DNA of 64,000 nucleotides from Clarias gariepinus (Eukaryota): NCBI RefSeq assembly GCF_024256425.1, contig NC_071110.1, positions 2,727,451 to 2,791,450 of the forward strand, read 5' to 3'. Shown piece by piece: positions 47,079 to 59,143 of this stretch (position 1 is its first letter; each line of letters starts with the position of its first letter). The notes under the pieces were generated by a model. It saw only the letters and a program-made list of their open reading frames with translations, ran no database searches and was not told where the DNA came from. The position numbers and the translations under genes were made by a program.

Positions 47079-48179
47079 TCTGTCACGAACTAACCGGAAT
47101 GATCGGAAGACTTAGCACTTAGCAGTTAGCCCGTTGTAGCGTGGATGGTAAACCCAAACGCGGAGGTAAGCGAGTGGGCAGGATAACCACGCGATTTGGT
47201 CTAAGGACTCTCACACAAGGGGAGCAAGGGAAAAACACAAATTTAACCCGCGTCCTATAAACACACACTCGAATCGGAAAGCAGACCCAAGAAAGTGAGT
47301 ACTCACGATTTGACGAACGGACAGCCTGGAACAACATGGGCGAAACTCAATGACTGAGCGGTGTGATGCGACATCTTGTCTCCCTTTATGCTTCCTGTGT
47401 TGCGACCGTACTACTTCCGGGTCCTAATGCCGGTCGCGGAGCGAGTGTGTATGACAATCACTGCTTGGCTTGGTGTTAATAAGGAAGCAGAATGGGTCAG
47501 TATTGAACAAAATTCACTTCCTGAAGTATCTCTGAAAGTCCTGCCATTTATAGATTGGCAAGCACAAAAGGGAGTAAAAAAAACAAATAAATGGATAAAA
47601 CACACTGTAAAAATTTGGTCAACAGTACAAAAAACATTTGGAGGAACAATAGCCTTATTACGTGCAATACCAATTAAAGATAACCCAGATTTTCTACCAT
47701 CTATAAGGGATAGTGTCTTCAGCAGATGGGAAGAGAGTTGATTAAACATAATTAATTAACTTTTTGATGGTGAGACCTTAATATCCTTTTCTCAATTATC
47801 CAGCAGATTTACACTGAAATCGAATGATTTCTTTAGATATTTACAACTACGACACTATTTCACAAACCATAAACAATAGGATATAATTAAAAAATCTTCA
47901 ACAAATATTAAAAAATATTTTATAGGTATTATTGAACATGGTCCTATTAAAAATCATGTAGCCCATATATACAGAAAATTAATGCAGAATAAATTTGATG
48001 ACTCCCACTATATCAAAAGAAATTGGGAGTTAAACATCATAATAGAGGATCAGATGTGGGAAAAAATATTTACCAGTTGTCATAAGGGTATAAGTAGTCA
48101 AATATGGAAGGAGTTTGACTGGAAGATGAGGTTCTTTAGAGTTTATTATTATTATTACCATTAGTGGTCACCAAATTGA

Positions 48180-48375
48180 ATAGTGCTTTACAATTATCAT
48201 TTACATTTGGCAGACGCTCTTATCCAGAGCGACTTACATTTTTATCTCATTTTACATCTGAGCAGTTGAGGGTTAAGGGCCGCGCTCAAGGGCCCAAGAG
48301 TGGCAACTTGGTGGTTGTGGGGTTTGAACCTGGGATCTTCTGAACCGTAGTCCAATGCCTTAACCACGGAATGTC
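48180..48375 (-). mobile_element. tRNA-derived teleost SINE
   Basis: The reverse complement shows a tRNA-like head (GGTTAAGGCATTGGACTACGGTTCAGAAGATCCCAGGTTCAAACCCCAC) followed by a tail …GTAAGTCGCTCTGGATAAGAGCGTCTGCCAAATGTAAATG. Confidence 0.7.
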
Positions 48376-49154
48376 TCAAAAGAAAAGATCTCCAACAAGT
48401 GTACTGGCGGGAAGTTAAAAGAGAGAGTAGTAAAGTTTTAGGATATGACGTACCAATGCGCCCAGTATTTTTTCTGCTTGATGGTTTCCCCCCTGAACAG
48501 TTCAGTAAGTCTCACCTTTTCGTACTACATATATTATTAACAACAGCTAGAAAGATAATTACAGTGAACTGGATGAAGACCCACCAATCTACTTTGACAG
48601 AATGGACACAGACTGAATCAGATATATATATTTAAGAAAATGACTGCAAATTTGCAGTTGAAATCAGACTTTTTCCAACAGACCTTGGCATTAATCGAAA
48701 CATATTTACTTGATCTTTGAAATGTTGTCAAGGGCTTTGTCGTAGGTATTATGTTTATATTAAAGTTTGATTATTTATTTATTAACCTTTTTTTAATGTA
48801 TTATTTTTTTTTAATTGTTATTATTTATTGATTAATTTTATAATTTGTTTATTTTTCTGTGAATGTAAACATCTTAAGTAAATGTTGTGTATACTATATG
48901 TTAAAAAGTTATAAAATAAAAACACAGTAAAAAAAATAAATAATTATTTGCCAAAGTCAAAACTGAATTTTTGTAATAGTGCATGCAGGTAAATTTTTGA
49001 TAATGTTTGATAACATTCCATACTTTTTAGAAACATCCTATATTCTGCCTTAAAATATTACTTTTGTAATGTAAAGAAATGAATAATAGTGTTACAGTTT
49101 TTGTTCACAGCTAAAACTGTAACACAGTTTACACACTTGTAAACCCTTTAACTA

Positions 49155-49697
49155 TGATTTTAATTTTGAGTCATATAACCTCACTGTTGCGTTATTATGC
49201 CATATACTAAACCCAGCGTACAGAGGCTGAGTGAATGTGGTGTGGACTCTGTGGATGAGCCTCATCGTGTCAGAGACGCTGTAGAAGGCCAGAGTTCCTG
49301 CACTGTGATCCACATACACTCCTATTCTGGAGGAAACTGGAGCCTGGAGATCAGTCTTGATGCTGTTGTGCCGGAAAGAGACAGAGGAAGAAAAACACTC
49401 CAGACTCCAGGAATGACTGTTGCGTCCAAACACACACTCATCACCCTGTCCTTTCCTGCTGATCTCTTTATATGAGACTGATATGTACACATCACCGCTC
49501 CACTCCACCTCCCAGTAACGGCGTCCACACACACTCTCCTTACACAACACCTGAGGCCAGGAGTCAAATCTCTCTGCATGATCAGAGTATCCCTGTCGTG
49601 TCTTACTGCGTGTCACTGATCTGTTCTCCTCAGACAGAATAAAGGCAGGATGTGCTGTGTTGGGATCCAGAGTCAGAGATCTAAAATCTAAAAACAA
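49155..49697 (-). CDS. finTRIM-like gene C, B30.2 (PRY/SPRY) terminal exon
   Basis: LDFRSLTLDPNTAHPAFILSEENRSV…RYWEVEWSGDVYISVSYKEISRKG…GVYVDHSAGTLAFY… is a paralog of 17227..17762. An upstream short exon remnant lies at about 49980..50080. Confidence 0.7.
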
Positions 49698-50479
49698 AAC
49701 AAAAAAATATCCACAGGTTAGCGGGTAATCTCATGATACTGTATGTAATCAGTGTGTGAGACAAGTCTGTTTTCCTGTTCCCCTATTCTATATGAGATAT
49801 TTTACATATGAAACAGTCACACTACACAACAGTCACACTATACAACACTACACCACACTACATGTACAGTGTTCAGTTACAAATATATCAAATTTAGATA
49901 TTAAACAGAGATGTTTAAATATTACCCAACAACAGTTATCAGTTAAATACTGATCACATTTTGTGTGTGTGTGTGGTGTGTGTGTGTGTACACGAGTTTT
50001 ATACTTACACTGCAGAAAATCAGTTTTTCTTTTCAGTTGTGGATTTAATATCTGAAATAATTCTTCAGCTGTGGAAATAAAATAGAAACTAAAACATAAA
50101 AACAGCATCCAGCCTTGTTTCAGATAGACACATCAGTTGGTGGGTCAACATGCCCAGACTTAAAATTAAGTTATTAACTACAATTTTTTTTAATGGTTCC
50201 TAAGATTATTTTGTGGATTAATGCTTAAATTCCATTTACATAATTTATCTGGTAAATTTATCTTGATGTTTAGTGGGGGAAATAATTATTTGATCCAATG
50301 CAGATTTTGTAAGTTTGCCCCCTTACAAAGAACTATAGAAATTAAGGGTCAATAGTTTTTTATTTTACCCAAGATTTATTTTAAAGGATAGAGACAGAAT
50401 ATCAATCAAAAATTCAGAAAAAAATACATTATATAAATGTTATAAATTGAGTTGGATAAGTATTTAATTTCCTACCAAC

Positions 50480-51250
50480 AAACAATACAGTAATTCTGGC
50501 CCCATAGATTGGTTTTGTGCTTGTGTGGTATACAGATTAATTTAAGAGGGTGCTCCTAACAACAACTCCTTATGTGTATAAAGGCCAGTTCCACCAACAT
50601 CACCATGGGCAAGACCAAGGAGCTGTCAAAGGACATCATGGACAAGATTTAGACCCAAACAATGCTGGAAAGGGCTACAAGACCATCAGCAAGAAGCGTG
50701 GTGAGGAGACAACTATTGGAGCAATTATTTGCAAATGTAAGAAATATAAATTACCATCAATTGCCTTTATTCTGGATCTCCATGCAAGAGTTCAGCTCAT
50801 AGTGTATGGATAATCATGTAAAACTTGAGGGATCAGCCCACAACTAATAGGAGGAGCTTGTAAATGATCTCAAGGCAGTTGGGATCACAATTACCAAATA
50901 AACCATTGGTAACACAATACGCCACCATAGATCCTGCAGCCCAGCAAGGTCCCAGTCCTCGCTGTTTTTGGAGAAAGAAAAATGCTGACTATGACCTACA
51001 GTAAGAACACCATCCCTACAGTGTAGTACGGAGCTGGAAACATTGTGCTTTGGGGCTGTTTCTCTGCTAAAGGTAAAAGCTGACTTTACGGGCCAATGGA
51101 CAGTGCCATGTATTGTTAAAGAGAACCTCCTTCTCTCAGTCAGAATCCTGACGATGGATCATGGATAGGTTTTCCGTCATGACAATTATTCAAAACATAC
51201 TACCATAGCAACAAAGGAGTGGCTCAAGAAGAAGAACATTAGGCATTTGC
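50480..51250 (+). mobile_element. Degenerate Tc1-like transposon fragment
   Basis: It carries MGKTKELSKDIMDKI…KGYKTISKK…, the Tc1 transposase N-terminal HTH region, and is interrupted by stop codons. Confidence 0.6.
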
Positions 51251-51374
51251 TATGCTTGCCAACAAGGGTTTCTCCACCATCTACTAAGTCCTGTTTTGCT
51301 TGGGGAACTTATCTTACTAATTGAAATGCAATTTTTTGTTGATCTTCTGTCTCTATCTCTATAGTCTATTCCCA

Positions 51375-51630
51375 TCTCTGTGTGCATGGAGTTTGCATGT
51401 TCTGCCCGTGCTTGGTGGGTTTCCTCCCACAGTCCAAAGACTTGCAAATTAGGCTAATTGGTGTTTACAAAATACCTCTAGTGTGTGTGTGTGTGTGTGT
51501 GTCCAGCAAAGAATTGGTACCCTGTGTACCCTGCCTCATGCCCTAGCCTCCAGGGATAGCTCCAGGCCCCACATGACCCTGAATACAGGATAAAGCGGTA
51601 TGGACCATGAGTAAATGAGTGAGTATATGC
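51375..51630 (+). mobile_element. DANA-like SINE 3' portion containing (TG)n at 51478..51502
   Basis: The core …TCTGTGTGCATGGAGTTTGCATGTTCTGCCCGTGCTTGGTGGGTTTCCTCCCACAGTCCAAAGACTTGC… is present. Confidence 0.6.
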
Positions 51631-52238
51631 AGTCTTCTTAGGTCCCTTTTAGTTTAAAAAGAGCTGGAGGGGTAAAATTTTTTGAAGTTTAAATTTAAAA
51701 GAAAATTGGAAAGAAAATTTACCTATTTTTTTTATTTATTACAGAAACAGGTCTCTACACAAGGTTGGAAAAGCACAGGTACCACCAGAGTGCTACACCC
51801 ATGTAGGATAATAATGAGATGCAACAGGAACATGGCTGTATCATGTAAGTTTTTGTAGTCAAATAAATTAAATTGGTAGGTTATGGATCGTTTAATGTGA
51901 AAAGTTTGCCAAGATAACCACCTCACAGGTGCTACAGTAGCTAAGTATCACAAATTACAAATGTAATTTTACCATGACAGAGAAAACCCATCTTAATCTG
52001 TGAGAGATTTTTTGAGTAGATTGGAGCATTGGATAAGGAATTAAACCTAAAAGCTTTTAAGGTTGTTCTCATAAATTTGCAACTTTAAACTTCTGCATTT
52101 TCAACATTAAAATTTCCCCCTTCCATCTATTTCTTTAACCTACAATGGTCCTAATATGGTCCTACTGTAATATGCTTTTGTATGTTCCTGCTTCCTTTTC
52201 ACACCAATGTGATGCAGAACAAAAGTTTCCTTGTTTAC

Positions 52239-52398
52239 CATGTGGATAAATTTTGTTGAATTCCTCCTCACAGGTTTCCTCAACTTGTTTTTTCAGATCT
52301 GAGAGAGATTTCTTGATGCCATCAAATGAAAGATGTTGATTGACAGTCAAGCTGGGTGAGTCCTTACATCTAGGAGAAGCACAGCGAGATGGGAAACT
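52239..52398 (-). CDS. finTRIM-like gene C, exon 4-like segment
   Basis: It translates as …SLQSFPSRCASPRCKDSPSLTVNQHLSFDGIKKSLSDLKKQVEETCEEEFNKIYPHGKQ with a GTAAAC donor. It is a paralog of 28536..28678. Confidence 0.5.
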
Positions 52399-54767
52399 CT
52401 GGAGAGAAGAAACACAACATGTACACATGTATATGTAAGAAGAAGAAAAGGAGTATAGGAGAGGACTGAATGAATCTCAGACCGACACACTTGTGATTTC
52501 AGACAGGAACAATTACACATGGCACCCTTGAGTTGCCAGTGATCCTAACGCTTTCTGGACCTGTCTCTCACATCCTGCTTCTTGTTGGAGATCTCATCAC
52601 ATAGAGGGCTTTGGCTCTCTGCTGGTTCTATGTAGTCTGCTTGGGATTTATGTGGTGACTTGAGATTGTTCCACTTAACTCTAAAGATAGTCTGATGACC
52701 TGTGACTGCAGACGCTCAATAGTTTAGGGCATAAATAATAACAAACAGTTTTGAACCTGAGCCCTAAAAATAACAAAAAAAAAAAAAGTGTGCTCTATAT
52801 CACCTTAACCACCTTCACCTTGAACTTCCAGACTCCTAACACACACTATGAACGCAGAACAATCCATGCTATCTGATATTACCAAAATAAGGACTGGTTC
52901 CCTTTTGAGTCTGGTTCCTATCAATGTTTCTTCCTATTGTCATCTTATGTAGTTTTTGCTCATCACTGTCAGTAGCGGCATTACCATTAGGAAAACGTAG
53001 GCAAGCTCTCAAGTTGCTGAAGTGTTTTAGTCACCGCCGCCCAAACACACACTACAATGGTACATCCCACGTGACGAAAACAACGTTTTTCATTGCAGTT
53101 TAAGTAGAGGAGTGGGGGACATACATCTACAACCATGAAATAAAGTTACTCATGTGATGCAGAAAAATGGGAAAAAAACAGGAGAACAGACAATTAATGG
53201 GATTTTTAGCAAAGGTAACAGTACTAACTAACTGTTAGAGTACTAACAACCATAATACTGCTAATTACAACACAGTTGGTCAAGACATTGCTGCTGTTAC
53301 TAGAAACACAAGTAGTGTTGATGAGCTAATTTTGCTACCACCAGTAACACGTTACCAAAGCGATGCAGCTGCTACTTCATTCTCAGAGCCTTTTTTTTGT
53401 TGTTGAATTTTGTTAAAGATTGGTAAAGATTCACTAATAGTAACTACTACAGTGGAACCTCAGATTATGAGCATAATTCGTTCCGGAAGCAGACTTGTAT
53501 TCCGAAACACTCATAAATCAAAGCACGTTTTCTTATAAGAAATAATGGAAATTAAAATAATTCGTTCCACAGCCCAAAAAAACTCTGGAGAGAAGAAACA
53601 CAACATGTACACATGTATATGTAAGAAGAAGAAAAGGAGTATAGGAGAGGACTGAATGAATCTCAGACCGACACACTTGTGATTTCAGACAGGAACAATT
53701 ACACATGGCACCCTTGAGTTGCCAGTGATCCTAACGCTTTCTGGACCTGTCTCTCACATCCTGCTTCTTGTTGGAGATCTCATCACATAGAGGGCTTTGG
53801 CTCTCTGCTGGTTCTATGTAGTCTGCTTGGGATTTATGTGGTGACTTGAGATTGTTCCACTTAACTCTAAAGATAGTCTGATGACCTGTGACTGCAGACG
53901 CTCAATAGTTTAGGGCATAAATAATAACAAACAGTTTTGAACCTGAGCCCTAAAAATAACAAAAAAAAAAAAAGTGTGCTCTATATCACCTTAACCACCT
54001 TCACCTTGAACTTCCAGACTCCTAACACACACTATGAACGCAGAACAATCCATGCTATCTGATATTACCAAAATAAGGACTGGTTCCCTTTTGAGTCTGG
54101 TTCCTATCAATGTTTCTTCCTATTGTCATCTTATGTAGTTTTTGCTCATCACTGTCAGTAGCGGCATTACCATTAGGAAAACGTAGGCAAGCTCTCAAGT
54201 TGCTGAAGTGTTTTAGTCACCGCCGCCCAAACACACACTACAATGGTACATCCCACGTGACGAAAACAACGTTTTTCATTGCAGTTTAAGTAGAGGAGTG
54301 GGGGACATACATCTACAACCATGAAATAAAGTTACTCATGTGATGCAGAAAAATGGGAAAAAAACAGGAGAACAGACAATTAATGGGATTTTTAGCAAAG
54401 GTAACAGTACTAACTAACTGTTAGAGTACTAACAACCATAATACTGCTAATTACAACACAGTTGGTCAAGACATTGCTGCTGTTACTAGAAACACAAGTA
54501 GTGTTGATGAGCTAATTTTGCTACCACCAGTAACACGTTACCAAAGCGATGCAGCTGCTACTTCATTCTCAGAGCCTTTTTTTGGTTGTTGAATTTTGTT
54601 AAAGATTGGTAAAGATTCACTAATAGTAACTACTACAGTGGAACCTCAGATTATGAGCATAATTCGTTCCGGAAGCAGACTTGTATTCCGAAACACTCAT
54701 AAATCAAAGCACGTTTTCTTATAAGAAATAATGGAAATTAAAATAATTCGTTCCACAGCCCAAAAAA
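52397..54767. repeat. Near-perfect tandem duplication of two 1181-bp units
   Basis: The units 52397..53577 and 53578..54767 differ at about one position. The duplication starts exactly at the exon-4/intron boundary of TRIM gene C. Confidence 0.85.
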
Positions 54768-54989
54768 ATAAATACATAAAAATAATAAACACAAAATTTA
54801 AAGTAAAAATAAAACAAATTAACCTGAACGTTACCTTAAAAAAAAAGTAAAAATAAATCTTGACAGATAAGTGTTTCCATTTATGAGCACAGGCGCTATC
54901 TGTGTGTTTTTCTCTCTCCTGCGCTGCTGAGTGTGTGTTATGTGTGTGCGTGCGTGTAATTTGACACCGTGCCTGTTGTGTGTAAATGA

Positions 54990-55027
<38 letters not shown>

Positions 55028-56655
55028 TGTTGATTATACCAGTAAGAGACGAGCACCAAGACCCAGCAGGGGAGATGAATACCCGCAGCGCAAGAGAGAG
55101 AAAAACCGTTGACTCAGTTGTGACCACGTGATGCTCGGGCATCAAATCAAGAAGCGCATGCATGATACATGATACTCGGTGCACGTAAACCAAGACAATG
55201 CTCGTTTTCCAAGTCAAAATTGATTAAACAACATGTTCCAGATAAATAACCCAGCAAAATCCTGCAGAGCACCAAAACTGGAAACAGTGAAAGGAGAAAG
55301 ATTATGGTAGTGACAGAATTTAGGAACACAATTCACAGTTGCTTCATGTGAGAGACGTTTCTCATCTCTGAAACTTACCTCAGGTCGACAATGTCACAAG
55401 CGAGGCTGTCTGCACTTGGTATTTTTTGTACTGAACATAAAGTCAAAAAATCAGTTGATATGGAGTCAGTAATAAAGTTTGCTGAAGCCAAAGCTCACAA
55501 GGTCAGATTTTAGTATCTTGACCTACACTATTACCTCTGCCCATGCACAAAATAACACTAATTACTTAAAATATTATTTTATTTTAATTAAAATAATTTT
55601 CATACACCCCAAGATTCCTACAGTATGTTTTTTCCACACATTTTCCACACAGCTCATTTGATGAAGGAAGAGTAAGCTATTTTAAAAAAGTAAACAATAT
55701 CCAAAAACCAGGGAAAAAGGATAAAAGCTGAAAAAATATAGTGCCAAAAGAGAAGGAAAGACATGGAAGTAATAAAAGAAAAGTGAAGAGTAAGACCAAT
55801 ACAAAGTTCTAGACATCTGAATAAGGTTGCTGTGAGATGACGAGTGAAGAAAAGGTGGCAAAAACTGAAGGACCCCATACCCATGTTTACCTTAAACCCC
55901 CAAATTTCTCAGCTTGCTCACTGGGGACAAACTAATAATTATAATGTATAGATGGTTCCTTACACTTTTCAAATTCATTTCCTTTATTTGATTCTACAAA
56001 GCCATTTCACGACATTGACCATTGCTAAAAGTGGTAAATAATACTATTTAACTTAATAGAATTATTGTTGCTAAAATTAGTTTTTAGGAGGAAACTTTGA
56101 GGAACAGCACCTTCTGTAGATCAGACAGTTGTCATGAAATGGGTGTTGTTGGGCTGATGTTACTGCCATGGGCTTAAATGGGCAGGCATAGGCGCAGAGA
56201 GGATAATAAATAAGATTCTTTATTTACAAAACATAAAACATAGAATAAAAACTAAACAGGGGGACAAGGGCTCTTTAGCGGGACAGAAAACACATGGAGC
56301 TGTAGCTAAACAGACAAGACAGGACTAGAGTCAAGACGAAACGGGGCACAAGACAAGACTAGAATCAAGACGGGACTGGGTACAAGACAAAACTATCAAA
56401 TATTATATTAGAACATAAATTCGTAGGTTTATTAATATCAAATATGATATTACTATTATAATAAACCCGAGGCACGAGACAGCTGTCAAGACCATTAATA
56501 CAAATTCTTGTATAATGTTTTGTAACACATTTATTTCTCAGGGATTTGTCATGAATATGCAAATAAATATTTATATATGATAAAAATAAAAAAAATTTAT
56601 AATGATAAATTGAACAAAACTAATTTTATTATAACAAACAATATAAAAGTATATA

Positions 56656-58220
56656 CAGTGGTGTGAAAAACTATTTGCCCCCTTCCTGATTTCTTATTCT
56701 TTTGCATGTTTGTTACACAAAATGTTTCTGATCATCAAACACATTTAACTATTAGTCAAAGATAACACAAGTTAACACAAAATGCAGTTGTTAAATGATG
56801 GTTTTTATTATTTAGGGAGAAAAAAAATCCAAACCTACATGGCCCTGTGTGAAAAAGTAATTGCCCCCTGAACCTAACAACTGGTTGGGCCACCCTTAGC
56901 AGCAATAACTGCAATCAAGTGTTTGCGATAACTTGCTACGAGTCTTTTACAGCGCTCTGGAGAAATTCTGCCCACTAACCTTTTTAAAATTGTTGTAATT
57001 CAGCTTTATTTGAGGGTTTTCTAGCATGAACCGCCTTTTTAAGGTCATGCCACAACATCTCAATAGGATTCAGGTCAGGACTTTGACTAGGCCACTCCAA
57101 AATCTTCATTTTGTTTTTCTTCAGCCATTCAGAGGGGGATTTGCTGGTGTGTTTTGGGTCATTGTCCTGCTGCAGCACCCAAGATCGTTTCAGCTTGAGT
57201 TGACGAACAGATGGCCGGACATTCTCCTTCAGGATTTTTTGGTAGACAGTAGAATTCATGGTTCCATCTATCACAGCAAGCCTTCCAGGTCCTGAAGCAG
57301 TAAAACAACTCCAGACCATCACACCACCACCACCATATTTTACTGTTGGTATGATGTTCTTTTTCTGAAATGCTGTGTTACGTTTACGCCAGATGTAACG
57401 GGACACACACCTTCCAAAAAGTTCAACTTTTGTCTCGTCGGTCCACAAGGTATTTTCCCAAAAATCTTGGCAATCATTGAGATGTTTTTTAGCAAAATTG
57501 AGACAAGCCTTAATGTTCTTTTTGCTTAAAAGTGGTTTGCACAGGCAAGTGAGGCCTGCAGTTCTTTAGATGTTGTCCTGGGGTCTTTTGTGGCCTCTCG
57601 GATGAGTTGTCTCTGCGCTTTTGGGGTAATTTTGGTCGGCCAGCCACTCCTGGGAAGGGTCACCACTGTTCCATGTTTTTGCCATTTGTGGATAATGGCT
57701 CTCACTGTGGTTCGCTGGAGTCCCAAAGCTTTAGAAATGGCTTTATAACCTTTACCAGACTGATAGATCTCAATTACTTTTGTTCTCATTTGTTCCTGAA
57801 TTCCTTTGGATCTTGGCATGATGTCTAGCTTTTGAGGTGCTTTTGGTCTACTTCTCTGTGTCAGGTAGCTCCTATTTAAGTGATTTCTTGATTGAAACAG
57901 GTGTGGCAGTAATCAGGCCTGGGGGTGACTACAGAAATTGAACTCAGGTGTGATAAACCACAGTTAAGTTATTTTTTAACAAGGGGGGGAATCACTTTTT
58001 CACACAGGGGGGCCATGTAGGTTTGGATTTTTTATTCGCCCTAAATAATAAAAACCATCATTTAAAAACTGCATTTGTGTTCAATTATATTATCTTTGAC
58101 TAATAGTTAACGGTTTTTGATGAGCAGAAACATTTAGGTGTAACAAACATGCAAAATAATAAAAAATCAGGAAGGGGGCAAATAGTTTTTCACACCACTG
58201 TATGTTGTATTTTAAAAAAA
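56656..58220 (-). mobile_element. Tc1-family transposon with TA target duplications; the transposase is split by one frame break
   Basis: The terminal inverted repeats are CAGTGGTGTGAAAAACTATTTGCCCCC and its reverse complement, each flanked by TA. ORFs 57526..57819 (HTH) and 56984..57448 (DDE; …DNDPKHTSK…QSPDLNPIE…) lie on the minus strand. Confidence 0.85.
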
Positions 58221-58337
58221 TATTAATATTTCTATTTTTTTTATATACAACATATTTATTTTATTGTCTCATGTAATTTGTAATTTGTAAACCATTAACC
58301 TATGAATTTATGTTCTAATAAAATATTTAATAGTGTC

Positions 58338-58851
58338 ACGAACTAACCGGGATGATCGGAAGACTTAGCGCTAGCGGTTAGCCCTTTGTAGCGTGGATGG
58401 TAAACCCAAACGCGGAAGTAAGCGAGTAGGCAGGATAACCATGCGATTTTGTCTCCTTTTATGCTTCCTGTTTTACGACCGTACTACTTCCGGGTCCTAG
58501 TGCTGGTCGCGGAACGGGTGTGTGTGACAGTACCCCCCTGTCCAGAACCGACTCCCGACGGTCCCGGGGTGGAGGATACCCGACGACGGTAGTCCCTGAT
58601 GAGCTCGAGGTCATCGTCGAGGATGAACCGGGCTGGAACCCAAGATCGCTCCTCCGGACCGTAGCCCTCCCAGTCAACCAGGTACTGGGTGCCCCGGCCC
58701 CTAGATGATTCGGGGAGGAGGAGCTGGGGGGGAGGATGGAGGCATAGGTGAAGTGGTAAAGGGTTTCAGTTGTGAGGTGTGAAAAACCGGATGGATTCGG
58801 AGCGCCGCAGGCAGCTGGAGCCGGTAGGTGACTACATTTCGTACTGTGGTG
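58338..58851 (-). mobile_element. Fragment of a Gypsy-element-2-family copy (internally deleted LTR plus 3' end of pol), truncated by the L2 insertion; it resumes at 63771
   Basis: It contains TGTCACGAACTAACCGGGATGATCGG… and pol C-terminal codons (…RIIDG…YTVR…). Sequence 63771..64000 continues pol on the minus strand. Confidence 0.75.
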
Positions 58852-59143
58852 TCTTCTCTCTCGGCTTTTTTCCGAGCTCCGCCAGACTGACCAATTTTTC
58901 TACTTTTTCGTTCCCTTACAAAGAGTAAACATATAACAGATAAGTATTTCATACTACCTTATAATATATTCACTCGAAACGCGTGTTATATCGTTTTGGT
59001 ATAAGTTTATTTCGTATAAGTTTTAATTGTTTTGCAGCACACCGCTTCTAGCCGGCTTTCCATTAGCATCGCTAGCCCGTTAGCCCGGCTATCACAAGTT
59101 TGTTTACGCTCTTTCGCACCGGTTATTTCTATTTTTAGACACC

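Larger units (their letters stand above)
42989..47456 (-). mobile_element. Ty3/Gypsy chromovirus LTR retrotransposon, minus orientation; 376-bp LTRs, 5-bp target-site duplication ATCAC; pol ORF intact
   Basis: The LTRs at 42989..43364 and 47081..47456 are identical as read and run TGTCACGAAC…GTGTGTATGACA. ATCAC flanks both ends. The interrupted L1 ORF is continuous across the insertion site. Confidence 0.9.
40130..48950 (+). mobile_element. L1-like LINE carrying a nested Gypsy insertion (42989..47456) and a SINE insertion (48180..48375)
   Basis: ORF1-like coiled coil and …IERAHR…PRLIIVRLK lie at 40578..41065. The ORF2 RT (GTHQGDAMSPLLFALSIEPLAELIR) is at 41936..42445. The ORF2 C-terminus is continuous across the Gypsy insertion (…YYWAAQLRAI | TWLGVNKEAEW…) and resumes after the SINE at 48399..48635. 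It ends in an A/T-rich tail. Confidence 0.7.
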
